DNA from: an uncultured bacterium
GTDB taxonomy: Bacteria; Verrucomicrobiota; Verrucomicrobiia; Limisphaerales; UBA8199
Direction: 5' to 3'
DNA length: 64,000 nt
Assembly: GCA_963749495.1 (NCBI GenBank)
Contig: CAVVMW010000006.1
Span: 672,001-736,000, forward strand
How positions within the stretch are numbered: position 1 is the first letter of the stretch; each line of letters opens with the position of its first letter. The translations under genes were made by a program, and so were the position numbers. This document shows, piece after piece, positions 53,228 through 62,866 of the stretch. The notes under the pieces are model-generated. The model worked only from the letters and a program-made list of their open reading frames with translations. It was not told the DNA's origin and made no database searches.

Positions 53228-56119
53228 ATGACAAACTGGAAAAACAAACTCCGGGCCTTCCTCCACGACCCGCCGAGCAAGGCGTTGGATCTACCCAATC
53301 ACGAGTCGTTCGCGTTGACGCTTTTGCGGCAGGCCGGGTTCTCTGAGGAGGAAGCCCAAGGGTTCAGTCGTGAGCCGGATTGGGCCGCCAGCGCTGCCGA
53401 CCGTCTTCCGTTCCCGTCTGGGCAGGCAAGCGGCGTTCGTTGCCATTTCGACGGCGTTCGTAACCGTTTTCACCATCCCCTTGGCCCTGCCGCAGCGCGA
53501 GACGCTTTGACTTTGCCATTCCAGAGCGAGTTTGTGACGAGCGACCTGGCGCACGAAACCGACCAGTCAGTTCAACCGGTCCTCGCCGGGTTTGGGGACA
53601 TTACGGATGACTCCTCTGACCCCTGCGGCCTACGATGGCGCGCCCGATTCTTCGCCCACTGGCGTCTCTGGCAAAAGCACGCGGTTGAACGTGATTACCG
53701 CTTCGCCTTTCTTCCCGCAGACACGCGAATTCCCGACCACACCATTTGGACCCACATGCAGGTGGTTTCCGCCCTGGCCGGCTGCGCTGATCAAGCCGTT
53801 GCACACGCCGTGCCAGCCCCCGCCTTCCTCAAGTTCCAGCTTGGGCCGGTGCAGGAGTTCATTGCCGCCGCCCGCAGCATCCGCGACCTCTGGAGCGGCA
53901 GCTACCTGCTCTCGTGGCTCATGGCGGCTGGAATGAAGGCACTTTCAGCCGAAGTCGGTCCCGACGCCCTCGTCTTCCCGAACCTGCGCGGACAGCCGAT
54001 CTTCGACCTCAATTGGCGTAACGAGCTTTGGAGCCAAGTGAGAATCGGCAGTCGGACTGTACGGGATTCGCTCGGCTGGCACGACCCCGAAATCCTCATA
54101 CCCAATCTGCCCAATGTCTTCCTCGCCGTGGTGCCGGCGGACCGCGCGGCCGACTTGGGCCGCAAAGTGGCGGACGCTGTCCAGGCCGAATGGGAGAAGG
54201 TCGCCGCCAGCGTCTGGACCGAATGCGAAAGGGCCGGCCTAACCCAGGACGAGGGCGGCATCAAAGCCGACGACCGCAAGGACCGCTTCAATGCCCAGAC
54301 TGGTCACTTCCTTTCACTCTCCTGGCAGGCCACGCCTTGGCCGGAGTCGCTGGAAGACGCCTTGAAACTCGCCGACGGCTTCGGCGCCGAAATGCCGATT
54401 CGGAAAGCCCGTGAGCGCGTGTCGGCTGTCGTGGGAATGGCGACCCAGCAGATGCCGGTGGACCATCGAGATGGCCGCTACTATGTCGGAGGTAAACGCG
54501 GCCCGAAGGAACAGCTCAACAACATCGGCCTCGGTTGGTCCGTCATTCTTGCCTTCAGCAGTTGGGCGCTCGATGCCGTCCGGCAAACGCGGCACTTCCA
54601 GGCCGCTAACAGAGGCGGCTGGCGAACCGGCACGTTCAATAACAAGGACGCTCTGACCGGCCGCGATGAAGCGGTGGCGGGCGGGAGCACTTGGGCGGAA
54701 AAGGCCGAGAAGCTCGGCGGCCCATGGAAGTCTCTGTTCAAACACGATGACTGGTTGAGCGCCGCAACGCTGGTGAAGCGGCTGTGGCATCTCGCCCATC
54801 TTAAGGCCGTTTGGGGGCTTGAGACCGGATCAGATAAGTTCCCGATGCCGAACACTCGCAGCCTTGCTGCCCACGATCCGTTCGGCCGGGATGATGATCC
54901 GGGCAACGAAGAGGCCGAAGCCACCGATTCCTCCGACAAATACTTTGCCGTCCTCGCCTTCGACGGTGACGAGATTGGCAAATGGGTGAGTGGGGAGAAG
55001 ACGCCGCCGTTCTCCAGTCAATTGGCGGAATATTTCGACGGCTCCAGTACCCAGCGAGTCGGGTCCAAGTCCTATTTCGAGAAACCCGAGTTCAAGGATT
55101 TCCTCAAAGGCCGGCGCCCACTCTCGGCCAGCTACCACCTTCAGTTCGGTGAGGCGCTAAGCAACTTTGCGCTGCTCTGCGCCCGCCCCATCGTCGAGGC
55201 ATTCGACGGTCGGCTCATCTACGCTGGCGGCGACGATGTTGTCGCGCTCCTGCCGGCCGACACAGCGCTGGGGTGCGCCAAGGCTTTGCGGTTGGCTTTC
55301 AGGGGTTCCCCAGCGGTGAGAGATTTTCTCCAACAGCACGCCCGCCTGCTGCGCGCGCGCCATGAGAGCCAGCAGCAAGGAGATCGCCAAGCGCCAGCCG
55401 TGCCCGACTACCAGAAGCGTGCGTCTGAGGGCTGCTTGCTTGGTTGCGAAGCCCCTGGGTTCGTCTGTCGGTTGGACCAGGTGGACCAGGAGAACCGCCC
55501 CATCCCCTTCCTTGTCCCTGGCCCCGCCGCTGACTGTTCCGTCGGCATCGCGATCGGGCACTTTAAGGCACCGCTCCAGGACATTGTCCGCGCCGCCCAG
55601 GATGCCGAGCGGCGTGCCAAAGGGCAACTCGGGCGGAGCGCCGTCGCAGTCACCCTCTTCAAGCGCTCCGGCGAGACCATCGAATGGGGCACGAAATGGG
55701 AAAGTGGCGGATTGGATCTCTACGATGCCATCGCCAGTGCTCTGGACGCCGGGACACTCAGCGGCAAGTTCCCTTACCGGGTCGTTGAACTCCTCGATCC
55801 TTACCGCACCTCGGGGTCCGGCCTTGCGAGGCTGGACGATGCGAACGGCTTTGATGCCGCCACGGTGATTGAGAAGGAATTCGCCCACGCCGTTTCCCGG
55901 CAGTCCGCACCTGGGCAAGCCGAGATTGTGCGAGCGGACCTCGGACCAAAATTGACAGGGTTCCTTACGAAGGTAGCCGAGGGCTGTGACAAGCCAACGC
56001 CAGCCGGCAAGCGCGCCGCGGACTCGAAATGCCAACGGTTGCTGGCTGAATTGATCGGTCTTTGCCAGACCGTCGCCTTTGCCCATCGCACCCGCAACGA
56101 ACAGGATGCCGAATCATGA
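53228..56119 (+). CDS. cas10: Type III-B CRISPR Cas10/Cmr2 with HD nuclease and cyclase palm motifs
   Basis: FLHDPPSK, PADTRIPDHTIWTH, GPVQEFIAAAR...DLWSGSYLLS, DGDEIG and YAGGDD motifs. Confidence 0.97.
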   Translation: MTNWKNKLRAFLHDPPSKALDLPNHESFALTLLRQAGFSEEEAQGFSREPDWAASAADRLPFPSGQASGVRCHFDGVRNRFHHPLGPAAARDALTLPFQSEFVTSDLAHETDQSVQPVLAGFGDITDDSSDPCGLRWRARFFAHWRLWQKHAVERDYRFAFLPADTRIPDHTIWTHMQVVSALAGCADQAVAHAVPAPAFLKFQLGPVQEFIAAARSIRDLWSGSYLLSWLMAAGMKALSAEVGPDALVFPNLRGQPIFDLNWRNELWSQVRIGSRTVRDSLGWHDPEILIPNLPNVFLAVVPADRAADLGRKVADAVQAEWEKVAASVWTECERAGLTQDEGGIKADDRKDRFNAQTGHFLSLSWQATPWPESLEDALKLADGFGAEMPIRKARERVSAVVGMATQQMPVDHRDGRYYVGGKRGPKEQLNNIGLGWSVILAFSSWALDAVRQTRHFQAANRGGWRTGTFNNKDALTGRDEAVAGGSTWAEKAEKLGGPWKSLFKHDDWLSAATLVKRLWHLAHLKAVWGLETGSDKFPMPNTRSLAAHDPFGRDDDPGNEEAEATDSSDKYFAVLAFDGDEIGKWVSGEKTPPFSSQLAEYFDGSSTQRVGSKSYFEKPEFKDFLKGRRPLSASYHLQFGEALSNFALLCARPIVEAFDGRLIYAGGDDVVALLPADTALGCAKALRLAFRGSPAVRDFLQQHARLLRARHESQQQGDRQAPAVPDYQKRASEGCLLGCEAPGFVCRLDQVDQENRPIPFLVPGPAADCSVGIAIGHFKAPLQDIVRAAQDAERRAKGQLGRSAVAVTLFKRSGETIEWGTKWESGGLDLYDAIASALDAGTLSGKFPYRVVELLDPYRTSGSGLARLDDANGFDAATVIEKEFAHAVSRQSAPGQAEIVRADLGPKLTGFLTKVAEGCDKPTPAGKRAADSKCQRLLAELIGLCQTVAFAHRTRNEQDAES

Positions 56120-56274
56120 GTCAGCCGGCCAAACCAGCGACCCGTGGGGCAGACCTCGGGTCCGTCAATTCTTGCAGTCTCCGAATCCGATGCCAGCCAC
56201 TGCACGCTCGCGGCTGGCCTTCCGAGAAGGCCAGAGCCGTCAGGCCAGAGACTTGACCCGCAGAATCCCCCGCT

Positions 56275-57711
56275 ATGAACACCATCCTCCTCCAACCCAC
56301 CGATGTGCTGTTCTTTCGCGACGGGCGGCCCATGACCGGGTCCCTGGCCGGCCACGGCGCTGCTTGGCCGCTGCCCAACGTCATCAACGCCGCTTTCCAT
56401 GCCGCGCTTCATCGGGCGGACTTGGAGACGCAGACCGGTCAGAAGCTCCACCGGCACCGGCGCGGACGCAGCGGGCACTACTTCGAGGAACGGGACCGCA
56501 AATTCGGTTCTTTGCTTACCGCCGGACCCTTCCCTGTGGATGGCAAGGACCGCTGGTTCTTTGCTCGCCCGGAAGACGCCCAGCAAGACGGCTCGCTGAG
56601 GGTGACGTTGCAGCCGGCGCGTGGCCACAGAGCGCATGGCGAGTGGGCCGGCAGCAGCCTGCCGGCGCCTCTTTGCTACGCCATCGCCAATACGGAGCCG
56701 CCCCGCAAGGAGAGGGGTGCTGAGTCGTGGATCAGTATTCAAGCCTTCGAGGCTTACCTGCGCGAGGAGCCTTTCACTGAGCGTTCTCATTTCCTTTCCG
56801 ACGAATCCATCGCCGACAAGGAAGCCAGCCTGGGCATCGCTATTGACCCTGAGACGCAAACCACCGGCCAAGGGAGCGCAGCCGGGAAGATTTACACGGC
56901 GCACTATCTGCGGCTTCGCGAGGGCGTTCGGCTGGGCGTGCTCGCGCAGGCCATGGACAAGCTGAGTGACGGCCACATGGAGAGCCGCGACCTGCTCCAA
57001 CTGCTGTTCAATGGCCACCCGACTCAGATCGTCGTCGGCGGGCAGCAGCGCATGTGCACAGCCCAATTGAAGCCACTTCAATCGCCCCCCCTGCCGCGTG
57101 GATTGACGAATGGTTTTCGTTCGAGCGATGATGCCTCAGCCAAACGCTGGCTGGTGAAGTGGGTCTTGCTCTCGCCCGCCGTCTGGCCAGAGATCCCGGC
57201 TGGAAAGTCCCAGCGTAGCACCGAAACCTGCTTCCATCCCGGCGGGTGGCTGCCCAACTGGATTTGTCCCGAGACGGGCGCAGTGCTCCTCCGAACCGTG
57301 GACGAGACGGAACGTCGTCGCCGCCGCAACTTGAACTACGCTGGCAGGGGCTACGCCACGGACGAGGGGAACGCCCGGGAGATTCCTGCCCGCCTGGCTG
57401 CCGCCCTCGTGCCCAAACCTCTGGTCGTCACGGGATGGGCGCTGCCGAACGCGTCGGACCCGGAGCGTGATGCCGATGGCGGTGCCAAATCCGCCCATCT
57501 CGCCGTCCCCGCTGGGGCGGTTTACTACTTCGAGGCCGAGTCGCCAGAGGCTGCCGTTGCCCTCGCGAACGCTCTCAACTGGCACGGGGCGGCCGACGGC
57601 ACGGAGATCAAGAACCGCCGCAGCACCCTGCTCGGTGAAAAAGGCTTCGGCCTGGGCGTCTGCGGCACATGGCAATTTTACGAAGACGTCGCGGGACGTC
57701 CAAAGACGTGA
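56275..57711 (+). CDS. cmr3: Type III-B CRISPR RAMP Cmr3
   Basis: PTDVLFFRDGRP, VGGQQR, AVPAGAVYYF and GFG motifs. Confidence 0.93.
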   Translation: MNTILLQPTDVLFFRDGRPMTGSLAGHGAAWPLPNVINAAFHAALHRADLETQTGQKLHRHRRGRSGHYFEERDRKFGSLLTAGPFPVDGKDRWFFARPEDAQQDGSLRVTLQPARGHRAHGEWAGSSLPAPLCYAIANTEPPRKERGAESWISIQAFEAYLREEPFTERSHFLSDESIADKEASLGIAIDPETQTTGQGSAAGKIYTAHYLRLREGVRLGVLAQAMDKLSDGHMESRDLLQLLFNGHPTQIVVGGQQRMCTAQLKPLQSPPLPRGLTNGFRSSDDASAKRWLVKWVLLSPAVWPEIPAGKSQRSTETCFHPGGWLPNWICPETGAVLLRTVDETERRRRRNLNYAGRGYATDEGNAREIPARLAAALVPKPLVVTGWALPNASDPERDADGGAKSAHLAVPAGAVYYFEAESPEAAVALANALNWHGAADGTEIKNRRSTLLGEKGFGLGVCGTWQFYEDVAGRPKT

Positions 57712-57743
57712 ATGACCGCCAACCTTCAAGGCAAAATGCAACT

Positions 57744-58584
57744 ATGAATCAGTCCAGAATTCTCTATCTGTTTACGCGCACACCCCTCCACGTGGGCGCT
57801 GGCTCAAGCGTGGGCGCTATTGACCAGCCTATCATCCGGGAGCGGCACACGGGCTTTCCCGTGATTCCAGGCAGCAGTCTCAAAGGGGTCCTCCGCGACA
57901 CCGCCACTCGCGACAAGGGCACAAATGGGCACGTGGCCTCCATTTTCGGCACACAAGAAGACGCCGGGCGCGTGTCAGTTGGAGAAGCCAAGCTGCTGGC
58001 ATTTCCAGTGCGCTCCGCAAAAGGCAGCTTCGCGTTCACGATCTGCCCGCTTACGCTGGAGAGATTTCTGCGTGAGCACGGCCCTCTCGGCGATCTCAAG
58101 GTTCCGTGCGAACCCGAGGATATGAAGTGCCTGGCCGGGGACACCGTGACCATCTCGCGCAATGGACAGACAGGCGTTGTCCTGGAGGAATACCGCTTCA
58201 ATCGCGCCCCCGGCGACGCGGGCAAGTTCCCGACCGAGTGGGAGACTGCCCTGCTCGGGCTCCTCGACGACCCGGTTCTGGCAGGCCGGCAAAGGCCGCT
58301 TCGTCCTGCTGAGCAACGGCGACTTCGCCCATTTTGTGAAGACCGCCTGCGAGGTCAGCCAGCACGTCGGCATAGATCCGCAGAAGGGCACGGCCAAGAA
58401 GGGGGCTTTGTTCAACCTCGAAGCCGTGCCAGCCGAGGCACTGTTCTTTGCCCCTCTGGCGCTTCTGGCCCGTGCGAGCGCCGAACTCGACAAACTGGCC
58501 GACCTCTTTGAGCAAAGGCCGGTGCTCCAATTCGGCGGTGACGGCACCACCGGCCTGGGCTTCTGCACGGTGAAACTCGGCTAA
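57744..58584 (+). CDS. cmr4: Type III-B CRISPR RAMP Cmr4; frameshift near 58277
   Basis: TPLHVGAG...IDQPIIRERHTGFPVIPGSSLKG (catalytic Asp present); QFGGDGTTGLG in the second frame. Confidence 0.93.
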
Positions 58585-58597
58585 GGAGGATGAGACT

Positions 58598-58993
58598 ATG
58601 AAGAATCTCGAACAAGTGCGTGCTGCCAATGCCCTGGCCTATGCCAAGGCCGGGCAGAGCACGCGGGGCCAGCATGGCGGCAATGTTCTCAAGAAGCTCC
58701 CGGCCTTAGTGATGAGCAACGGTCTGCTCGCGGCGGGCGCCTTTGCATACGCCCAGAAGGCCGACAGCGGTTGGCGTACTTGCTTTGACCATATCGCTAT
58801 ACACCTTTCGCATCCCGAAATCGGCATTACGCCCGGCCAGGACAACCTCGATAAGTTGATGGATTTCCTTTCCGGCAAGTCCGACAGCCAGGTGCTCAAG
58901 CTCGCCACCGAAGAAACGCTTGCGTGGTTGAGCTATGCCCGGAGGTTCGAGCAAGCCCCGGAAAACGGAGGCGACGATGATTCCGCTGGCTAA
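58598..58993 (+). CDS. cmr5: Type III-B CRISPR small subunit Cmr5
   Basis: 'LEQVRA', 'LPALVMSNGL', 'ATEETLAWLSYARRF'. Confidence 0.92.
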   Translation: MKNLEQVRAANALAYAKAGQSTRGQHGGNVLKKLPALVMSNGLLAAGAFAYAQKADSGWRTCFDHIAIHLSHPEIGITPGQDNLDKLMDFLSGKSDSQVLKLATEETLAWLSYARRFEQAPENGGDDDSAG

Positions 58994-60332
58994 GGATGTT
59001 GCTGCGCTGGTCGGCGAATGGGCCGAGGGTGTCGAGAACCGTTCTCTGCTGCACGAGAAGTTCGCGCTGCCAAAGGTCTGGGACGTGGGCGACGGGGGGA
59101 AACTCAACGACGCCGGGCGTTGGAGCGTTCTCCGCATCGTGACCCGCGGCGCGGACCTGCTGCGCGGCGACGCCCAGCGCCTTCGGCGCGAGGCGTCCGG
59201 GCGGAATGTTCGTCCAGATGTTGCCGAGCGAAAAGAGCGCGAGGCACACGTGGCAGAGAAGATTGCGAACATCGGACGGGTCGATTCGGCGCTGGCCAGA
59301 GTTGGGAGCGCGAATGCAATCCGGTTTCTTGCGGACATCGGCAAGTCGTTTCAGGGCCAAGTGGTCACGTTCGAGGCAACCCTTGGCTCGCGGATGATGG
59401 TAAATCTCGCCGGGGGCGTCGTCGAGAACGCGGGCATCGCCCTGGACCGTTGCTTTGGTCTGCCGCTGATACCCGGCAGCGCCGTCAAGGGCATCTCGCG
59501 GGTGCAGGCCCTGTGGGAGATTCACGAGGCCACAGGCCAGGAAAAGCTCCGGCTGTTGCGCCTGGCCATGCTGCTCTTCGGCTTTGGCGCGCACGACCTC
59601 AAACCGAAAGGCGACATCGGCTGGGCTGGCGGCGCGCAGCAAGTCAAGGACATCGCGGTGGAAATCGGCGCCCAGGATTTCAAGGGTTGCGCCTGCTTCC
59701 TTCCCGCGTATCCCACCAGCACGCCCACCCTGGTTGTGGACATGGTGAACCCGCACTACCCCGAGTATTACTCGGGGCGCAGACAGCGCGCGGAGGACAA
59801 CGAAAGCCCGATTCCGAATTACTTCCCCGCGGTAGAAGCCGGTTCTTCGTTCGGCTTCGCCGTCCTGCTCAACAGGGTTCCCCAGGACCCGAATCTTGCC
59901 GCCGCTGACCTCTTGAACCAGGCAAAGGAGTGGCTCGAACGCGCCGTGACCCGCAAGGGCGTCGGCGCCAAGACAGCGGCGGGATACGGGTGGTTCGAAT
60001 TGGGCCGGCGGGAGGTTTCTGCTTCTGTCGCGCCTGCGTCCAGCCCGCTCACGGCCGCCACCCCAAGTGCCGCCGAGCTGGCCTCTCCAGCGGAGGGGAT
60101 CATCGCCCGGTTCAAAAGCCTGAACAGCAAGGACAATTTCCCGGCCGCCCTTCCACAAATGGCTGCCTTGGCGGCCGACGCGGAATTGAGGCGCGCCTTC
60201 GAGGCGCTTATCCCTGCCAACGAGCGCGCCCGGTTGCGAAAGAATAATCCGTACTGGCAGGCATTCACCTCCGGCAGGGCCGGCGCCGACGGTCGGAGAA
60301 TCCTCGCCCGCCTGGGCCTCAAGCTCACTTGA
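58977..60332 (+). CDS. cmr6: Type III-B CRISPR RAMP Cmr6
   Basis: ENAGI...LPLIPGSAVKG, DMVNPHY, ESPIP and GVGAKTAAGYG motifs. Confidence 0.93.
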   Translation: MIPLAKDVAALVGEWAEGVENRSLLHEKFALPKVWDVGDGGKLNDAGRWSVLRIVTRGADLLRGDAQRLRREASGRNVRPDVAERKEREAHVAEKIANIGRVDSALARVGSANAIRFLADIGKSFQGQVVTFEATLGSRMMVNLAGGVVENAGIALDRCFGLPLIPGSAVKGISRVQALWEIHEATGQEKLRLLRLAMLLFGFGAHDLKPKGDIGWAGGAQQVKDIAVEIGAQDFKGCACFLPAYPTSTPTLVVDMVNPHYPEYYSGRRQRAEDNESPIPNYFPAVEAGSSFGFAVLLNRVPQDPNLAAADLLNQAKEWLERAVTRKGVGAKTAAGYGWFELGRREVSASVAPASSPLTAATPSAAELASPAEGIIARFKSLNSKDNFPAALPQMAALAADAELRRAFEALIPANERARLRKNNPYWQAFTSGRAGADGRRILARLGLKLT

Positions 60333-60336
60333 ACCT

Positions 60337-61140
60337 ATGAATTGGCAACGCGACATCGAAGTGCTCACTCCGCTGTTTAATCGGGGCGCTTACCAGGACA
60401 CGCCTGAACTCCGCGTGCCTTCCATCCGCGGCATGGTGCGCTGGTGGTTTCGGGCGTTGGGCGGGACGCCCGACGAGGAGAAGGAAGCCTTTGGCGGCAT
60501 GACCCGGATGGGCCAACGCCTCCGGGGACAGGTCAACGCCTCAAGGCTGGTCTTTCGTGCAAGCCGGGTCCACGCCCAGCGAGCCAACCCAAATCCGCCA
60601 ACCTTGCCTCACAAACAAGGAGGCCAAGGCAGCCCCCAGGCCGCCTTCGCACCCGGGGCCACGTTCCACCTGGAAGTCTTCACACGCTTTGGCGCTCTCA
60701 ACTCGAATCTGGAGCACAAAGTGGAGAACGCCCTTGAAGTCTGGTTGCTGCTTGGGGCCATCGGCCTCCGGGCCAACCGCTCCGGCGGCAATATCTGGCC
60801 GGCTGACAGCACAGCACCGGCGACCGCGCCAGCGTTGCGCACCCGCCTCACCGCACTCGGCTGCCCCTGGCCCGTCATGCTGGCAGCACTCGAAGTCGGC
60901 TCGACCCTCGACCAAATTCGTGCTGCGGCCACCGACACCGTCATTGGCGCAGAGCGGGTTTTCGGCTATGCGAGGGGACGTGATCGCCAGGCATCAGCAC
61001 TGAAATTCAAGATCGCGCGACTGGAGAACCGACTGAGGCTCCTCGTCTTCGCTCCCGATCAACGGGTGCTGGATGAGGCGAGACAAGCCCTGAAAGGCCA
61101 TCGTTCCAAGCCGGAAACATGGACAACGATTGATGCATGA
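60337..61140 (+). CDS. cmr1: Type III-B CRISPR RAMP Cmr1
   Basis: VLTPLF.RGA, ELRVPSIRGMVRWWFRA, LGAIGLRANRSGG and RQAS motifs. Confidence 0.9.
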   Translation: MNWQRDIEVLTPLFNRGAYQDTPELRVPSIRGMVRWWFRALGGTPDEEKEAFGGMTRMGQRLRGQVNASRLVFRASRVHAQRANPNPPTLPHKQGGQGSPQAAFAPGATFHLEVFTRFGALNSNLEHKVENALEVWLLLGAIGLRANRSGGNIWPADSTAPATAPALRTRLTALGCPWPVMLAALEVGSTLDQIRAAATDTVIGAERVFGYARGRDRQASALKFKIARLENRLRLLVFAPDQRVLDEARQALKGHRSKPETWTTIDA

Positions 61141-61361
61141 CCCCCATTTCCCTTGCCTCCAAGCAAATCTGGCCACAGGTGCTGGCGGTACTCCACCTCC
61201 GGCCGCAGCGGCTCGTTCTGGTCCATTCGGCGGAGGAGTCCGAGTCCAAGCGACCCGCTGAGCGACTCAGGGCAATGCTGGAAACGATGGATAAGGGCCT
61301 TCAATCGGCGCTGGCACGCACGCTGGGAACCTGGTTCCTGCCAACCGTAAGCATCCTGTGA
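61137..61361 (+). pseudogene. Truncated CARF gene, paralog of the 62942 gene's 5' end
   Basis: 'SLASKQIWPQVLAVLHLRP...HS..ES..PAERL' matches the N-terminus of the 62942 protein, then diverges. Confidence 0.75.
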
Positions 61362-61606
61362 ACCATCTCTTCATCTTCACCGTCGGCACGGGAACGGCGG
61401 GAAAGCATTCCAACGTCGCGTCCGGGTTGGCCAACACCATCCGCCAGGTCCGGCCCCGCAAGTTTTGGCTTGTCCCCAGCGCCTCGGAGAATTCCACGCC
61501 CGTTGCTGACCTCGTCAGGGAGGACGTAGCTGCCCTGGGCAGTTTCGCGGCTTGGTCGGAATCGGCGCCTTACCACGCAATCCACGATCCCAAATCTGAG
61601 GCATGA
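61358..61606 (+). pseudogene. Truncated CARF gene (TIGR02710-like N-terminus)
   Basis: 'LFIFTVGTG...GLANTIRQVRP..FWLVPS..S' CARF strand-1 pattern; only 82 aa and lacks the TGG.K motif. Confidence 0.65.
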
Positions 61607-61616
61607 GTTTCGGGAC

Positions 61617-61651
61617 TTGCGGCGGGCAGCCACTTTAGCTAGCTTAGCTAA
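61617..61651 (+). promoter_or_regulatory. Toxin-antitoxin promoter with palindromic operator
   Basis: TTGCGG-17 bp-TAGCTT overlapped by TTAGCTA-GCT-TAGCTAA (61635-61651); ATG at 61654. Confidence 0.65.
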
Positions 61652-61653
61652 CC

Positions 61654-61899
61654 ATGATTACGGTCAACATGCATGAGGCCAAGACCCGGCTATCCGAGCT
61701 GGTCAAGGCCGTCGAAGAACACAATGAGACGGTCGTCCTCTGCCGCGATGGCCGCGAGGTGGCGGAAATCCGGCCTCGGGCCAAACGTCGCTCGGTGCGC
61801 GACCTCACGCCCGACTCCCGGTTGTGGGTCGAATTCGCCCCCGGTTACGACGCGTGCGAACCGCTTTCCGAAGCCGAATGGCCGGCCGAGTTGCGATGA
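61654..61899 (+). CDS. Phd/YefM-family antitoxin
   Basis: 'VNMHEAKTRLSELV...VVLCRDGREVAEI'. Confidence 0.92.
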   Translation: MITVNMHEAKTRLSELVKAVEEHNETVVLCRDGREVAEIRPRAKRRSVRDLTPDSRLWVEFAPGYDACEPLSEAEWPAELR

Positions 61900-62276
61900 A
61901 GGTGTTGCTGGACACTTGCGCGCTCCTGGCGCTGGCGCGCGGGGACTTGCCCGAAAACGCCGCGCTTGCGCTCCGCGCGGCGCCGGAAGCGATTGTGTCG
62001 GCGGTCAGCCCTTGGGAGGTCGCTATCAAAGCCGCCTCCGGCAAGCTCCAACTCAACCAACCGCCGGCCCAGTGGTTTCTCAACTTGACGCAGCGTTACC
62101 GTTTGCGGGAACTCCCGCTGGATGCCCGTCTGGCGTGTGCCGCCGCCGCCCTGCCGTCGATCCACCGTGACCCGTTCGACCGGGTTCTTGTGGCGTTGGC
62201 CCAAGCTCATTCGCTGGCGATTCTCACCTCGGATCAGAACATCCCCAAATACCTCGGCGTCAAAGCGCTCTGGTGA
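61896..62276 (+). CDS. vapC: VapC-family PIN toxin
   Basis: LLDTCALL, SPWEVAIK, HRDPFDRVLVALA and TSD motifs; ATGA overlap with the antitoxin. Confidence 0.92.
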   Translation: MKVLLDTCALLALARGDLPENAALALRAAPEAIVSAVSPWEVAIKAASGKLQLNQPPAQWFLNLTQRYRLRELPLDARLACAAAALPSIHRDPFDRVLVALAQAHSLAILTSDQNIPKYLGVKALW

Positions 62277-62866
62277 ACGACTCCCCAACACGCATGCCCT
62301 CCCACCACCACCTCCTCACCGTCGGCATCAGCCTCCTGACCAACTTCGAGAAGGCCAGACAGCTCTCGCAGGCAGACGCGTTGCGCCGCGGCCAACAGAT
62401 CGCCCGGTTCCTGGCGGAGAATCCGAAGGCCAACTGCGCCGAAATCAACTCGCTCGACAGCCGCACCGGCTTTCTGGGCAAAACCAGGCCGGACTTGGCC
62501 GTCAGTCTTGTTTACTCGCAGACCGAAGCCGGAAAACTCTGCGCCAAACTCATCGAGAGGTTTCTCAAGACCAAAGGCGTTGCGTCCACCCGCCTGCAAT
62601 TGGCAGCCATCGACCTTCCGAGCCAAGACAAGGCCGACCCTAAAGTAGCGCAGCGTCTGGCTCAAGGGGGCCTGGAGGATCTACGGACCAAGCTGCTGGA
62701 CCATGTCACCCGGTTGCGCCGAAATGCTCCGGGCGTCGTGATCGAGTTGAACTGCACCGGCGGTTACAAGGCCGAATCCGCCGTGGTCTACGAACTGGGC
62801 CGCGCCTTGCGTCTGCCCGTATATTACCTGCACGAGAGCTTCCAGGTGGCAGTTGAGTTGCCGTGA
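62273..62866 (+). CDS. Stand-alone CARF protein, APE2256 family (probable cyclic oligoadenylate ring nuclease)
   Basis: TVGISLL, CAEINSL, SQTEAG, NCTGGYKAES and YYLHESF...ELP motifs. Confidence 0.88.
   Translation: MNDSPTRMPSHHHLLTVGISLLTNFEKARQLSQADALRRGQQIARFLAENPKANCAEINSLDSRTGFLGKTRPDLAVSLVYSQTEAGKLCAKLIERFLKTKGVASTRLQLAAIDLPSQDKADPKVAQRLAQGGLEDLRTKLLDHVTRLRRNAPGVVIELNCTGGYKAESAVVYELGRALRLPVYYLHESFQVAVELP

Noticed and set aside
7603..58584. Mass pseudogenisation or programmed frameshifting in about a dozen genes
   Set aside because: These are scattered single-base shifts in otherwise intact genes with no shared slippery motif, best explained by sequencing indels. Read data are needed to confirm.
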